Origin: Candidatus Saccharimonadales bacterium
Lineage (GTDB): Bacteria > Patescibacteriota > Saccharimonadia > Saccharimonadales > 2-12-FULL-41-12
Assembly: GCA_041600715.1 (NCBI GenBank)
Contig: JBFIJM010000001.1
Span: forward strand, 448,387 to 512,386
Length of the DNA stretch: 64,000 nt
Direction of reading: 5' to 3'
This document shows positions 44,164 through 53,254 of the stretch, piece after piece (positions within the stretch are counted from its first letter, which is position 1; each line of letters starts with the position of its first letter). Below the pieces are notes generated by a model that saw only the letters and a program-made list of their open reading frames with translations, did no database searches and was not told the origin of the DNA. The translations under genes were made by a program, and so were the position numbers.

Positions 44164-44800
44164 AAATTACGCTTAATAAAATAATTACAGCTACCGGGAC
44201 TGTGATATTGTCCGAACCAAACCATGAAATATTTTCGAGCAGTGTAAGTATTAACGGAAACATTACTAGTAAAGTAAGTAAGTTTGGCCTGTTCTCTGGT
44301 GCAACAAAGTACAACGCGCCCGCAAAAATAGCCATAGATGTATAGAAAAATGTCATTGACCCGAGTAGGGTTTTACCGTGGCTGAGTAACATGTAACGGG
44401 TTCTCTTACCCCATTTGAGCCCAACGATTGCTGCCAGTGCATCTGCAATCGCGAGATGCAATATGGATGCTGTAAAGATCCAGGGAGCTGGCTCAAGTAA
44501 TGCGCATATGCCAATACCGATCGGATACAGTACTTCGCCTCTCGTAATACGATTAACGTCGTGTATAGAGCTAAATATATTGAGTTTATAAGATGCTAGT
44601 ATGACCACTAAAAAGCCAACGCTGAGTAGCTGTATATAAGTCCATGATAAAAAAAATGGGCAAAACGCCACAATCACGCCTGTCCCCATATGTATTAGTT
44701 TACGACTGAGTTCAACTTGCACTATTTTACGGCGCCACAAGATCTCTGCGAACATAATAAGAAATAGTATGCATAGACATACAAGTATTAATTCAATCAT
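44162..44800 (-). CDS. Polyprenol/dolichol/phytol-kinase-like CTP-dependent membrane kinase family protein
   Basis: 212 aa, about 6 [10 protein letters not shown] and [18 protein letters not shown] motifs typical of the DGK1/SEC59/VTE5 and CdsA-like family. Confidence 0.55.
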   Translation of the reverse strand: MIELILVCLCILFLIMFAEILWRRKIVQVELSRKLIHMGTGVIVAFCPFFLSWTYIQLLSVGFLVVILASYKLNIFSSIHDVNRITRGEVLYPIGIGICALLEPAPWIFTASILHLAIADALAAIVGLKWGKRTRYMLLSHGKTLLGSMTFFYTSMAIFAGALYFVAPENRPNLLTLLVMFPLILTLLENISWFGSDNITVPVAVIILLSVI

Positions 44801-45576
44801 AGATTTTTGGGAGGTAAGGGCACGAATTTACTAGTTTGCTTTGCATATTCTTGGTAAGTTTTATTCTTTTTATAGCGCTCTTCAAGTAGGGGCACTCCAG
44901 AAACGAACAAAATTAAATAAGTAATCGTTAAAGGTCCTACGATCGACCACCATACGGGGTTAATACTCAGACTAATAAGCCATATTCCCCACCAGAGGGT
45001 TACTTCCCCAAAGTAGTTCGGGTGTCGGCTATAGGCCCATAGACCTTTATTCATTACCTTCCCGCTTTTCTTTTTTAGGAAGTCTGCGAGTTGCTTGTCT
45101 GCAATCGCCTCAATCGTGATACCTGTAAGCCACACTGCAAAACCAAGCCCGAGCAGAAAATCAGAGTTAAAAGGATCTTTGGAGGATGCGATCGCCACCA
45201 ACGGAAGAGCAATCACAGTCAGTAGGATAGCCTGGAGCATATAAACCCTTAAGAAGGCTTGAAGAACAGGCATACGTCTCCATTTTTTTCGCATCGCTAC
45301 ATACCTAGCATCTTCTGGCTTATTCCAGTTTCTAGATAAAATATGATAACTAAGACGCATCCCCCATACTATTACAAGAGTAGTAGTCAAAACTTGAGCA
45401 TAGGATAGATCGCCCTGATTAGCATAAGCCAAGACCATCACCGCAACTATAAAACCTCCGCCCCAAGCGATGTCAACCAGATCTAATCGATTTTTAACCT
45501 GCGCTAGGCCAAACCATAAGGTAAAGTAAAGTATTACTGCCACTACAGTAACCAAGTAATAATCTAGTGCGTTCAT
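44797..45576 (-). CDS. DUF1295/steroid-5-alpha-reductase-like membrane protein
   Basis: [20 protein letters not shown] motif. Start set at ATG 45576 (MNALDYYLV), which sits 6 nt after an extended -10 (TGTTACAAT). Confidence 0.65.
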   Translation of the reverse strand: MNALDYYLVTVVAVILYFTLWFGLAQVKNRLDLVDIAWGGGFIVAVMVLAYANQGDLSYAQVLTTTLVIVWGMRLSYHILSRNWNKPEDARYVAMRKKWRRMPVLQAFLRVYMLQAILLTVIALPLVAIASSKDPFNSDFLLGLGFAVWLTGITIEAIADKQLADFLKKKSGKVMNKGLWAYSRHPNYFGEVTLWWGIWLISLSINPVWWSIVGPLTITYLILFVSGVPLLEERYKKNKTYQEYAKQTSKFVPLPPKNL

Positions 45577-45689
45577 GTGAATATTGTAACAGCTTGAGAC
45601 ATTCAAATGACCCGTTTTATGTAGGAAATGTTACAGCCTTTAACTGTAGAAGTGCGTATAGTTACATATGTTAACCAGGAGTCAGATAT

Positions 45690-45797
45690 ATGAAGCAAAG
45701 AAATTGGGATAAGATTGCAACAGAACAGTTCAAGTCTATGCCTAAAGACTTTCAGGACGATTGGAAAGATTTAAGAAACACTGTGAATAGTCGGTAG
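45690..45797 (+). CDS. Possible small protein (35 aa)
   Basis: ATG preceded by AGGAG 7 nt upstream; MKQRNWDKIATEQFKSMPKDFQDDWKDLRNTVNSR. No other support. Confidence 0.3.
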   Translation: MKQRNWDKIATEQFKSMPKDFQDDWKDLRNTVNSR

Positions 45798-45816
45798 TTA
45801 TTTGGAGACTTATTTA

Positions 45817-45845
45817 AAATACCCGGGGTAAACCTGGGTATTTTT
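45817..45845 (-). terminator. Distal hairpin terminator following the duplicated tRNA-Pro end
   Basis: AAAATACCCGG-ggtaaa-CCTGGGTATTTT (plus-strand reading), symmetric A/T tracts. Confidence 0.7.
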
Positions 45846-45849
45846 AATA

Positions 45850-45865
45850 GTCGGGGTGAAAGGAC
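45850..45865 (-). repeat. Second copy of the tRNA-Pro 3' end (16/16 identical to 46021-46036)
   Basis: GTCGGGGTGAAAGGAC read directly at both positions. Similarity continues imperfectly into the flanks. Confidence 0.95.
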
Positions 45866-46020
45866 ATTGCACTTTGTGCTCCTCCGCTCAATCGTGCTCA
45901 ATGCAAGCTTTTGCGCGCGATTTCGCTACGCCAAACCTTCCGTTCGCTTTGCTCACTCATCAGGTTATTGTCACTTCGGAAAAATTAATATAGCCTAGCA
46001 AAGCTAAGCTATATTAATTG
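45850..46020 (-). mobile_element. 171-bp insert between tRNA-Pro and its distal terminator, bounded by duplicated tRNA 3' end
   Basis: Same architecture as at tRNA-Lys: tRNA, proximal terminator (45978-46018), ~110-nt GC-richer hairpin-rich segment, repeat, distal terminator. No ORF. Confidence 0.35.
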
Positions 46021-46094
46021 GTCGGGGTGAAAGGACTCAAACCTTCGACCTCTCGGTCCCAAACCGAGCGCGCTATCAACTGCGCCACACCCCG
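46019..46094 (-). tRNA. tRNA-Pro (anticodon TGG), CCA encoded
   Basis: CGGGGTG/CACCCCG acceptor, anticodon loop TTTGGGA, T arm GAAGG-TTTGAGT-CCTTT. Confidence 0.9.
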
Positions 46095-46152
46095 TCGTCG
46101 GAGCATTATGGCTAAGCCATATTCAACAACAGGGGTAAGTATACGATATTTC

Positions 46153-46956
46153 TTAGACAGATTCAATGACTTGATGGATATGTTCAACGTTTGTAGCCAA
46201 ACCCGTTATCTCATCTACTGCAACAAGTAGCGCATTAAATTGAAACGGTGGGTTAAATTCTATCTCGTTCTTACTAACTTTTCCTGACTTCCACCTCTCT
46301 ATAATCACACTCGTCTTTACACCTAAGGAGCTGTGTAACGCTCCACACATGCCAACATCTGTAACATGCGCGGTCCCCCTAGGAAGAATCATTGCGTCTG
46401 CAGTTGGCACATGCCAGTGGTCGCCCACAACGGCGCTTACTCGACCGTCTAGATAGTACCCAAAGACACGTTTTTCGCTAGAATAATCTCCATGAAAATT
46501 AACAATTCGGGCTACTAAATTTGTTTCTGAAGTATGCTCTAAAATTTCATCAATTACCGTGAGCGGGTTCACTAAATCATGCTTACGTGACCCTACAGTT
46601 TGCCCCAAAATACTAGCTACAAGAATTTTGCCTTTTGGAGTACTAACTATCTTATATCCATGCCCCTGAGTATTAGCTAAATTAGCAGGTCTAATTATTG
46701 GCATTAAGTCGTCGCTATATACATCTGACGAGCCACTACCTAGTAAGCTATGATTACCTCCAGTGAAAAAATCGACGCCAGCAACGCGCATTTGTTCCAG
46801 GTGTTGAAGGCCAGGGCCTTTGCCAGTATCATCACTATTTTCTGCCTGGGCAATAACGAAATCCACTGAGTAAGATTTTTTTATACTAGGTAGTAAGGCG
46901 TCAACAACACCCCTCCCTGGCTCTGCCATCACGTCGCCAACATAGAGTATATTCAT
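46153..46956 (-). CDS. ymdB: YmdB-family metallophosphoesterase (2',3'-cyclic-nucleotide phosphodiesterase-like)
   Basis: ILYVGDVMAEPGR, AQAENS, GGNHS, NFHGDYSSEK, GDHWHVPTAD motifs. Conserved linkage with rny. Confidence 0.82.
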   Translation of the reverse strand: MNILYVGDVMAEPGRGVVDALLPSIKKSYSVDFVIAQAENSDDTGKGPGLQHLEQMRVAGVDFFTGGNHSLLGSGSSDVYSDDLMPIIRPANLANTQGHGYKIVSTPKGKILVASILGQTVGSRKHDLVNPLTVIDEILEHTSETNLVARIVNFHGDYSSEKRVFGYYLDGRVSAVVGDHWHVPTADAMILPRGTAHVTDVGMCGALHSSLGVKTSVIIERWKSGKVSKNEIEFNPPFQFNALLVAVDEITGLATNVEHIHQVIESV

Positions 46957-47591
46957 GACCGGAACTCCACATGATCTCCGCCACCAACAAATTGCATCAT
47001 ACTTCCCTGAACCAACACAGCCGTATTATCATCTATTAAATACGTGGTGTAAGGAAAATCCTTTACTTTGCCACCAATAATCTCTGGGGTTCTATCCTTG
47101 AAACGCTCTGAATTCATATGAGGAACAATGCAGAAATCAGTTATACGCAATCCTTCTGGATTTTTAGATGGATCGTAATGAAGTGCCGCGATACTAATAT
47201 CAGGGTTAAGTAAGCGACTCCCAGCACTTATTCCTACATATATCTTGCTTTGCAATAACCTCGGCAATTCATTGCCTAAACCTGACCTCACTACCTGATC
47301 TCTGAGATAGTACACATCACCACCCGGCACAAATATTACGTCGCAAGTCTCAAGTTGGGGTAGCCATTCAGACTTTTCCAGCTCGGATATTTCTACTGTC
47401 CGTACATCACCCACGCCAGTGCTTTTAAGATCTGCAATATCTCTATCAAACCAATCCCTACCCTCCATATTCTTTGAAGCAGTCGGAATTACGGCAACCT
47501 TAGTTTCTGAAGGCGCTTTGCTTAAGAGGCTTACAAAGTTTCGCCGTAGTTCGTCATTCCTAAGTCCACCAGAAGTAAGAAGTAGGTTCAT
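46953..47591 (-). CDS. Peptidase S51 (dipeptidase E-like) family protein
   Basis: LLLTSGG N-terminus, nucleophile context YVGISAGS, His in IVPHMN. Confidence 0.7.
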   Translation of the reverse strand: MNLLLTSGGLRNDELRRNFVSLLSKAPSETKVAVIPTASKNMEGRDWFDRDIADLKSTGVGDVRTVEISELEKSEWLPQLETCDVIFVPGGDVYYLRDQVVRSGLGNELPRLLQSKIYVGISAGSRLLNPDISIAALHYDPSKNPEGLRITDFCIVPHMNSERFKDRTPEIIGGKVKDFPYTTYLIDDNTAVLVQGSMMQFVGGGDHVEFRS

Positions 47592-47596
47592 GAGTG

Positions 47597-49111
47597 TTAC
47601 TTGGCGAACTCTATGGCGCGGGTCTCGCGGATGACATTTACTTTGATTGTGCCCGGATACTGCATGGTTGATTCGATCTTAGTTGCGACATCACGAGCGA
47701 GCTTTATAGCACCTAAGTCATCAAGTGCGGTTGGCTTCACAAATACGCGAACTTCACGTCCGGCGCTAATGGCATAAACTTTTTCAACACCCTTAAAGCC
47801 TGAGGCTACGTTTTCTAGATCGCGCATACGTTCTGCAAAGTTTTCTGCACTAACATTGCGTGCACCTGGTCGCGCAGCGCTAATCGCATCTACAACTCGC
47901 ACTACCAATGCCTCAAGTGTAGTTGCCTCAATGTCATCATGGTGGGCTTCAACGGCGTGACAAATTGCCTCGGGCACTCCGTATTTTCGAGCAATCTCTG
48001 CGCTAATATGGTGGTGCTTACCTTCCATCTTGTGGGTTAGAGCCTTGCCCATGTCATGAAGTAATGCAGCGTACTTTACTGTCTTGGTATCTGCCCCGAT
48101 TTGCTCAGCGATCACCCCAGCCATGTGCGCCATTTCTGTGCTGTGCTTCAACACATTCTGCCCGTAACTTGTGCGGAATTTTAGCTCACCAAGATACTGC
48201 AAGATTTCTTTAGGAATACCTACAATTCCGACTTCTCGCGCTGCGTCTTCTGCTGTTCGCATAACATCTTTTTGGACTTGTTTTTGGGCTTTTTCTACAA
48301 CTTCCTCAATGCGACCTGGATGCACCCGACCGTCCTTGAGCAACATTTCCATAGCAACTCTCGCAACTTCACGTCGAACTGGATCAAATGAGCTAAGAAT
48401 GATCATGCCCGGTGTGTCATCAACCATAATATCAACACCAGTAGCACGCTGTAAGGCCTGAATATTTCTGCCTTCTTTGCCGATTATACGACCCTTCATT
48501 TCTTCATCCTCTAGCTTTACAGATGTGACGGTTCGCTCAGCAGTAACTTCGCTTGCCATGCGCTCCATTGCTTCTGTAATAATCACAGCTGCTTTCTCGT
48601 CGGCTTGATCGCGAGCTTCGTTTTGGATCTTAGCAATCAGACCAGTAAGATCGTTACGGATATCACGCTCAGTCATCTGCATTAATTTGTCGGCAGCGTC
48701 GCTTTTGCTTAATTTTGCAATCTTTTCTAGTTTTTCTTGCTGACGAGTCCTGATCTCACGAATCTCGTTTTTTAGTGCATCAACTTCTACTTCACTCTTG
48801 CGTAGTTTATCAGCGCGTTTATCTATATCGTCTAGCTTACGATCTAAATTCTCTTCACGAGCCAGTAAACGAGACTCGATGTCTTTATATTCATTACGTC
48901 TGGTCTTATCTTCTTTTCGTGCAGTTTCTGCCAACTCGTTGGCTTCATCGCGAGCTTTTTGCACCAGCTTTTCAGCCTCTTTCTTGGCCTTAGAAAGCTC
49001 TTTTTCGGCCTGAGCCTCTGCAGTTCCTAGCTTGCGCTTTGTTACAGTAGTGCTTGCGCCATAACCAGCTACAATACCAGCAATAGCCAGTACTATGGTA
49101 ATTGGATCCAT
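47597..49111 (-). CDS. rny: Ribonuclease Y
   Basis: N-terminal TM helix, long coiled coil, KH domain (GRIIGKEGRNIQALQ), HD domain (LLHDMGKA...HH). Confidence 0.92.
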   Translation of the reverse strand: MDPITIVLAIAGIVAGYGASTTVTKRKLGTAEAQAEKELSKAKKEAEKLVQKARDEANELAETARKEDKTRRNEYKDIESRLLAREENLDRKLDDIDKRADKLRKSEVEVDALKNEIREIRTRQQEKLEKIAKLSKSDAADKLMQMTERDIRNDLTGLIAKIQNEARDQADEKAAVIITEAMERMASEVTAERTVTSVKLEDEEMKGRIIGKEGRNIQALQRATGVDIMVDDTPGMIILSSFDPVRREVARVAMEMLLKDGRVHPGRIEEVVEKAQKQVQKDVMRTAEDAAREVGIVGIPKEILQYLGELKFRTSYGQNVLKHSTEMAHMAGVIAEQIGADTKTVKYAALLHDMGKALTHKMEGKHHHISAEIARKYGVPEAICHAVEAHHDDIEATTLEALVVRVVDAISAARPGARNVSAENFAERMRDLENVASGFKGVEKVYAISAGREVRVFVKPTALDDLGAIKLARDVATKIESTMQYPGTIKVNVIRETRAIEFAK

Positions 49112-49396
49112 CTTACTCCCCTTCTTTGTATCGGAGACTGTTCGTTTTCGTTCTATCTTAGCTTTGCATCACTATCACTTCTTTAGCAATAACCGAGACA
49201 TGATCGAGCAGTAATCGAAATAGTTACATTGGTTTTCATCATCAGCCTGTGCGTAGTTAAACATTGCGACAGTAATGGCTGACTTAATATAAATAATACG
49301 ATGTTTTAAGCAAGTCCGGCAATAGTATTAATCATTATATATATGCAAACTACCCCATCTGCTTTAGGTCTAGCTACTTATTAAAGCCGTATTCAA

Positions 49397-49786
49397 TTAT
49401 TTTTTGGGTTGGGTAACGCGTGGTGGCTCACTATATTTTGGCACTGCAGAAGCACTAACTCCTGAATGCAGTGCCTGGATGCCTTGATTAATCCAGTCCT
49501 GACCGCCCATAGAAACTATCGGGGCAGTACACGAGTACCCAAGGGCGTTTGCAACCGAAGCGCCAATCCTTAGGCCTGTGAAACTGCCTGACCCTTCATA
49601 GAATATAATTCCCTCAATATTGACTAATGAGATGGGTTGAGCCTCTAAGACCATATCTATTTTTTTATGTATGGTCTCGCTAAGTTGCCTGTGAGCCTCC
49701 CAGGTGTGATATTCCAGTCTATCGTTACCACGATATAAGCCAATCTCCGCAACAGGCTTATCTGTCCTAATCGTCAAAATAATCAT
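49397..49786 (-). CDS. tsaB: tRNA t6A biosynthesis protein TsaB, truncated form (N-terminal half only, 129 aa)
   Basis: GSGSFTGLRIGASVANAL motif aligns with YeaZ/TsaB GPGSFTGVRIG. The gene ends about 100 aa earlier than typical TsaB. 4-nt overlap with tsaE. Confidence 0.7.
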   Translation of the reverse strand: MIILTIRTDKPVAEIGLYRGNDRLEYHTWEAHRQLSETIHKKIDMVLEAQPISLVNIEGIIFYEGSGSFTGLRIGASVANALGYSCTAPIVSMGGQDWINQGIQALHSGVSASAVPKYSEPPRVTQPKK

Positions 49787-50229
49787 CTTATTAAGTACTC
49801 ATAATTTAAGTCACCGCTAGTAACGATCTTACGTTTAGTGTCGTCAATATATGTAAAAGTCAGTGATAAGATGTCTTTTTCAATAACGTTAGTTACGTCG
49901 TCGGCCCATTCCATTACAATTACGTCATTCTCGTCAGTGCTGTCAGCAAGCTCATGACGGATCATTTCATCACCTTGCAACCTATAAAAGTCAAAGTGCC
50001 TAACAGTTACCCGACCTGGGTAAACCTGACTAATAGTGAATGTTGGGCTCGATACTGCCGTGGTTGAACCTGCACCCACAGCCAATCCACGAACAAAAGT
50101 TGTTTTACCAGACCCCAAATCGCCAATAAGCTGAATTACTTCTCCACCCTTTAGCTTAGACCCTATGTCGCGTCCAAGTGATTCTGTCTCTTGGCTATCG
50201 TTGGTTAAAAATTGTTTTTCCATTTTCAT
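49783..50229 (-). CDS. tsaE: tRNA t6A biosynthesis ATPase TsaE
   Basis: P-loop GDLGSGKTTFVRG, SPTFTI, HFDFYRL motifs. Confidence 0.85.
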   Translation of the reverse strand: MKMEKQFLTNDSQETESLGRDIGSKLKGGEVIQLIGDLGSGKTTFVRGLAVGAGSTTAVSSPTFTISQVYPGRVTVRHFDFYRLQGDEMIRHELADSTDENDVIVMEWADDVTNVIEKDILSLTFTYIDDTKRKIVTSGDLNYEYLIR

Positions 50230-50257
50230 CCATAATACCAGGTATAATAAACAAACA

Positions 50258-50779
50258 ATGCTTAAGCTGTATGAATCCTTTCAGAGTGTGAGTGTCTTGT
50301 CCCTCAGAATTGGAGGTCCAGTTGCTCGAGTAGTCTCTCCTATCATCAACCCGAATAATCTATATATAGAGGGGTGGCATGTTGTCGATAACCGAAGCGG
50401 AGAAGATCTAATACTCCTCAGTCAAGAGATACGAGATGTTATGTCCCAGGGTCTAGTAATTAATGATGTGGATGCTCTTAGCCCGATAGAAGACCTAGTG
50501 AGACTCCAGAAGATTTTAGATCTTGATTTCGAACTGCTTAAATTAAAAGTCCAATCACAAAGCGGTAAGCGTTACGGCAAGGTAAGTGACTTCGCCTTTG
50601 AAACACAGAACTTCTTTGTTCAAAAATTGTATGTCGCACCTTCACTACGCGCATTCTCAGGTGGGACTTTAAGTGTTGATAGATCACAGATTATCGAGAT
50701 TACAAATCGTCGAATCATCATAGAAGACCCAACAGAAAAATCCAAAAATGCAGTACCCTCGCCTAGTCCTGTTGGATAG
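50258..50779 (+). CDS. Hypothetical protein, possibly two PRC-barrel-like repeats (173 aa)
   Basis: Start trimmed to ATG 50258 (MLKLYESF), since the longer ORF overlaps tsaE. Two repeats of a G..VG.V.D-type pattern. Weak assignment. Confidence 0.45.
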   Translation: MLKLYESFQSVSVLSLRIGGPVARVVSPIINPNNLYIEGWHVVDNRSGEDLILLSQEIRDVMSQGLVINDVDALSPIEDLVRLQKILDLDFELLKLKVQSQSGKRYGKVSDFAFETQNFFVQKLYVAPSLRAFSGGTLSVDRSQIIEITNRRIIIEDPTEKSKNAVPSPSPVG

Positions 50780-51377
50780 ACTCTTCTGATAGTACTGTCT
50801 TTATATCGCCGTAGCTATAACCCTGGCGCGCCAAATACTGCATGAGTTTCTGATTATCCTGGTATCTTGATTGAGTTCGTCGTCTAGCTATTTCTGTCCG
50901 CAGTACGTCAAGTTCATCAGTTTCATCTTCAGCCATTACGGCTTGGATGACTTCATCGGCCAGCCTTTTAGATCTTAGTTCCATCGTAAGCTTGCGTGCG
51001 CTCATATTTTTTAGCAATCTGCGATTACTCACCCAGGCCTTTGCAAAAGCAACGTCATCTACGTAACCGCGAGCACGTAACTTATCAAGAATAGTTTCGA
51101 TTTTGTGAAGTTCCAGTTTTTTGCGCTTTAAATATTCTTTTAGCTCCCATTCACTGCGTGGTCTTCGCGCCAACAAGCCAAGTGCCATATTGTAGGCTTT
51201 GTCGGTGTTAGCTTCTTCTTTCAGACGAACGAGCTCTGCATCGTCGATCTCTAGCCCGACCTTTATACCAGAATCGATTAACCCAAGCTCACTCAGACCA
51301 AAAGAGAACTTGCCGTCAACAAATACAGAGTAGCGCCCCTCTGTTTTAACTTGTTTTTGAATATCAGTAATTTTCAT
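50763..51377 (-). CDS. recX: RecA regulator RecX
   Basis: 204 aa, three-repeat helical pattern (LLARRPRSEWELKEYLKRK..., YVDDVAFAKAW). Linked to recA. Confidence 0.7.
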   Translation of the reverse strand: MKITDIQKQVKTEGRYSVFVDGKFSFGLSELGLIDSGIKVGLEIDDAELVRLKEEANTDKAYNMALGLLARRPRSEWELKEYLKRKKLELHKIETILDKLRARGYVDDVAFAKAWVSNRRLLKNMSARKLTMELRSKRLADEVIQAVMAEDETDELDVLRTEIARRRTQSRYQDNQKLMQYLARQGYSYGDIKTVLSEESIQQD

Positions 51378-51829
51378 AAGTTCTTAGTCACTATATAAAG
51401 TAAAGTGACAGTGAAGGGGAGTTCAAAGTAGGCTCCACGGAGCTTTTGATACCACTGGATATCAGTATGAAATTGATTAAATGTATTTTGAGTGGCAATT
51501 TTGGTTTTCTTGATTTTCTCTATAATCACATACTGATACGCCCATACAAAATCTGGTGCCCCTGCTAAGAACAGGCAAGCAAAGACCAGCCAAGAAGCAC
51601 CCGATGCTAGCAGAAATACGACAAATAGAGTAAGTAAGACGGCGTCAATTATCAATATTTTATGAAATAAACCCGGCTTCTTATTATGACCGCCGTACTC
51701 GTCTAGCCCAATATGAGGCAACGCATCACACGCAAAGTGCGATGCAAGCGCCAACGGTAATGCCAAAATTGGCTCCTTGACCGCTATCGCTATCACTGCA
51801 CCACACACAGCGTGACTCGTCGCCATCAT
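51374..51829 (-). CDS. Small membrane protein (151 aa, about 4 TM), His-rich metal-dependent-hydrolase-like (YdjM/DUF3307-like?)
   Basis: Hydrophobic profile with conserved-looking His/Asp (SHAVCGA, SHFACDALPH). Confidence 0.45.
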   Translation of the reverse strand: MMATSHAVCGAVIAIAVKEPILALPLALASHFACDALPHIGLDEYGGHNKKPGLFHKILIIDAVLLTLFVVFLLASGASWLVFACLFLAGAPDFVWAYQYVIIEKIKKTKIATQNTFNQFHTDIQWYQKLRGAYFELPFTVTLLYIVTKNL

Positions 51830-52131
51830 ACGTCGACTTTGTAATCCCGACTCTGATTTATTTCTTCTTTATCTGCAAATGCTTTATCTAGATCTATATC
51901 AAATTTATTTGCTATATCAACGACTAACCAAAATACGTCTGCTAATTCATGCTCTATTGCGTGTTTTTTAGAATGGTCAGAAATTTTCATACCTGTTGAT
52001 TTTCTGATCGCTTTACCAAGCTCACCTACTTCCTCTACGAGAAGCAGAAATGCTTCGCTGGGAGTTTCCGAATCATAGCCTCGTTCTTTGGCAAGTTTAG
52101 CGATTAGCTCTTGGTACTCAGCAAGTGTCAT
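51826..52131 (-). CDS. MazG-like nucleotide pyrophosphohydrolase (single domain)
   Basis: EEVGELGKAIRK and ELADVFWLVVDIANKFDIDL match the EExxE...ExxD MazG motifs. Confidence 0.75.
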   Translation of the reverse strand: MTLAEYQELIAKLAKERGYDSETPSEAFLLLVEEVGELGKAIRKSTGMKISDHSKKHAIEHELADVFWLVVDIANKFDIDLDKAFADKEEINQSRDYKVDV

Positions 52132-52134
52132 TGT

Positions 52135-53160
52135 CTACTCTGCGCTAGCGGCTTTTTCGACTTTTTTAGCTATTTCTTCGAGCACTTTTGGATTTTCCTC
52201 GAGATAAGTTTTTGTTGCTTCTCTGCCTTGGCCGATCTTGCCCTCACCATATGCAAACCAAGCTCCGGCTTTTTCTACTATGTTGTGCTGTACAGCGAGG
52301 TCGAGCACGTCACCAGAACGTGAAATTCCTTTATTATACATAATGTCGAATTCTGCCTGACGGAACGGGGGTGCAATCTTGTTCTTCACCACTTTAACCC
52401 TTGTGCGGTTACCTATTATCTCGTCTCCCTGCTTAATCTGCGAAATACGCCGGATGTCGATGCGTACTGAAGCGTAAAACTTAAGCGCATTACCGCCAGT
52501 TGTAGTTTCTGGGTTGCCGAACATAACACCGATCTTCATACGAATCTGATTGATGAATATTACCGTAGTGTTAGAGCGATTAATAATACCTGTTAACTTA
52601 CGGAGGGCCTGACTCATTAGACGTGCCTGGAGACCCATGTGGCTGTCTCCCATATCGCCTTCTATTTCAGCTCTAGGCACTAGCGCAGCGACTGAGTCAA
52701 CCACTACAAGATCGACCGCACTGCTACGCACCAATGTTTCTGCAATTTCGAGCGCCTGCTCGCCGTTGTCTGGCTGGGAAATAAGTAGATTATCTGTATC
52801 TACGCCTAGTCTCTTAGCGTAGGCAGGATCAAGTGCGTGCTCTGCGTCAATAAACGCTGCAGTACCACCCTGTCTTTGTACTTCTGCAATAGCATGAAGG
52901 GTTAGAGTAGTCTTACCAGAGCTTTCTGGACCATATACTTCGATAATTCTGCCCTTTGGTATTCCTCCGCCTAATGCTAGATCAAGACTTAGAGAGCCGG
53001 TTGACACTGTCTCTACATTCACCTTATGAGCCTCACCAAGTTTCATGATAGAGCCTTTACCGAATTGTTTTTCGATAGATTCTAAAGCTAATCCTAGAGC
53101 CTTGGATTTACCCTCTTGCTCGCTCTTCTTATCGCCAGTAGTCGCCGGTTTATCTGCCAT
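52135..53160 (-). CDS. recA: Recombinase RecA
   Basis: [13 protein letters not shown] Walker [25 protein letters not shown] motifs. Confidence 0.97.
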   Translation of the reverse strand: MADKPATTGDKKSEQEGKSKALGLALESIEKQFGKGSIMKLGEAHKVNVETVSTGSLSLDLALGGGIPKGRIIEVYGPESSGKTTLTLHAIAEVQRQGGTAAFIDAEHALDPAYAKRLGVDTDNLLISQPDNGEQALEIAETLVRSSAVDLVVVDSVAALVPRAEIEGDMGDSHMGLQARLMSQALRKLTGIINRSNTTVIFINQIRMKIGVMFGNPETTTGGNALKFYASVRIDIRRISQIKQGDEIIGNRTRVKVVKNKIAPPFRQAEFDIMYNKGISRSGDVLDLAVQHNIVEKAGAWFAYGEGKIGQGREATKTYLEENPKVLEEIAKKVEKAASAE

Positions 53161-53254
53161 AGTTATCCCCTCTAAATGCTCTGTATTACTTTCTCATCTA
53201 AGTATACCACCTGGGGCGGACTGTCGGAATTTCATAGTCATAAGTACTTAGAAT

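Noticed and set aside
45943-45964. Hammerhead-ribozyme-like core CCTGATGAG-TGAGCAAAG-CGAA on the minus strand inside the tRNA-Pro insert
   Set aside because: Stem II would be only about 2 bp and the GAA is followed by C rather than A. I could find no complementary strand for stem I (GTTATTGTC is absent downstream) and no NUH cleavage-site context. An 8-mer like CTGATGAG is expected by chance about twice in 128 kb of two-strand sequence.
46018-46230. ORF-track entry 46018..46230 (+), 70 aa
   Set aside because: It starts inside tRNA-Pro (antisense) and runs into the 3' end of ymdB. It has no independent support.
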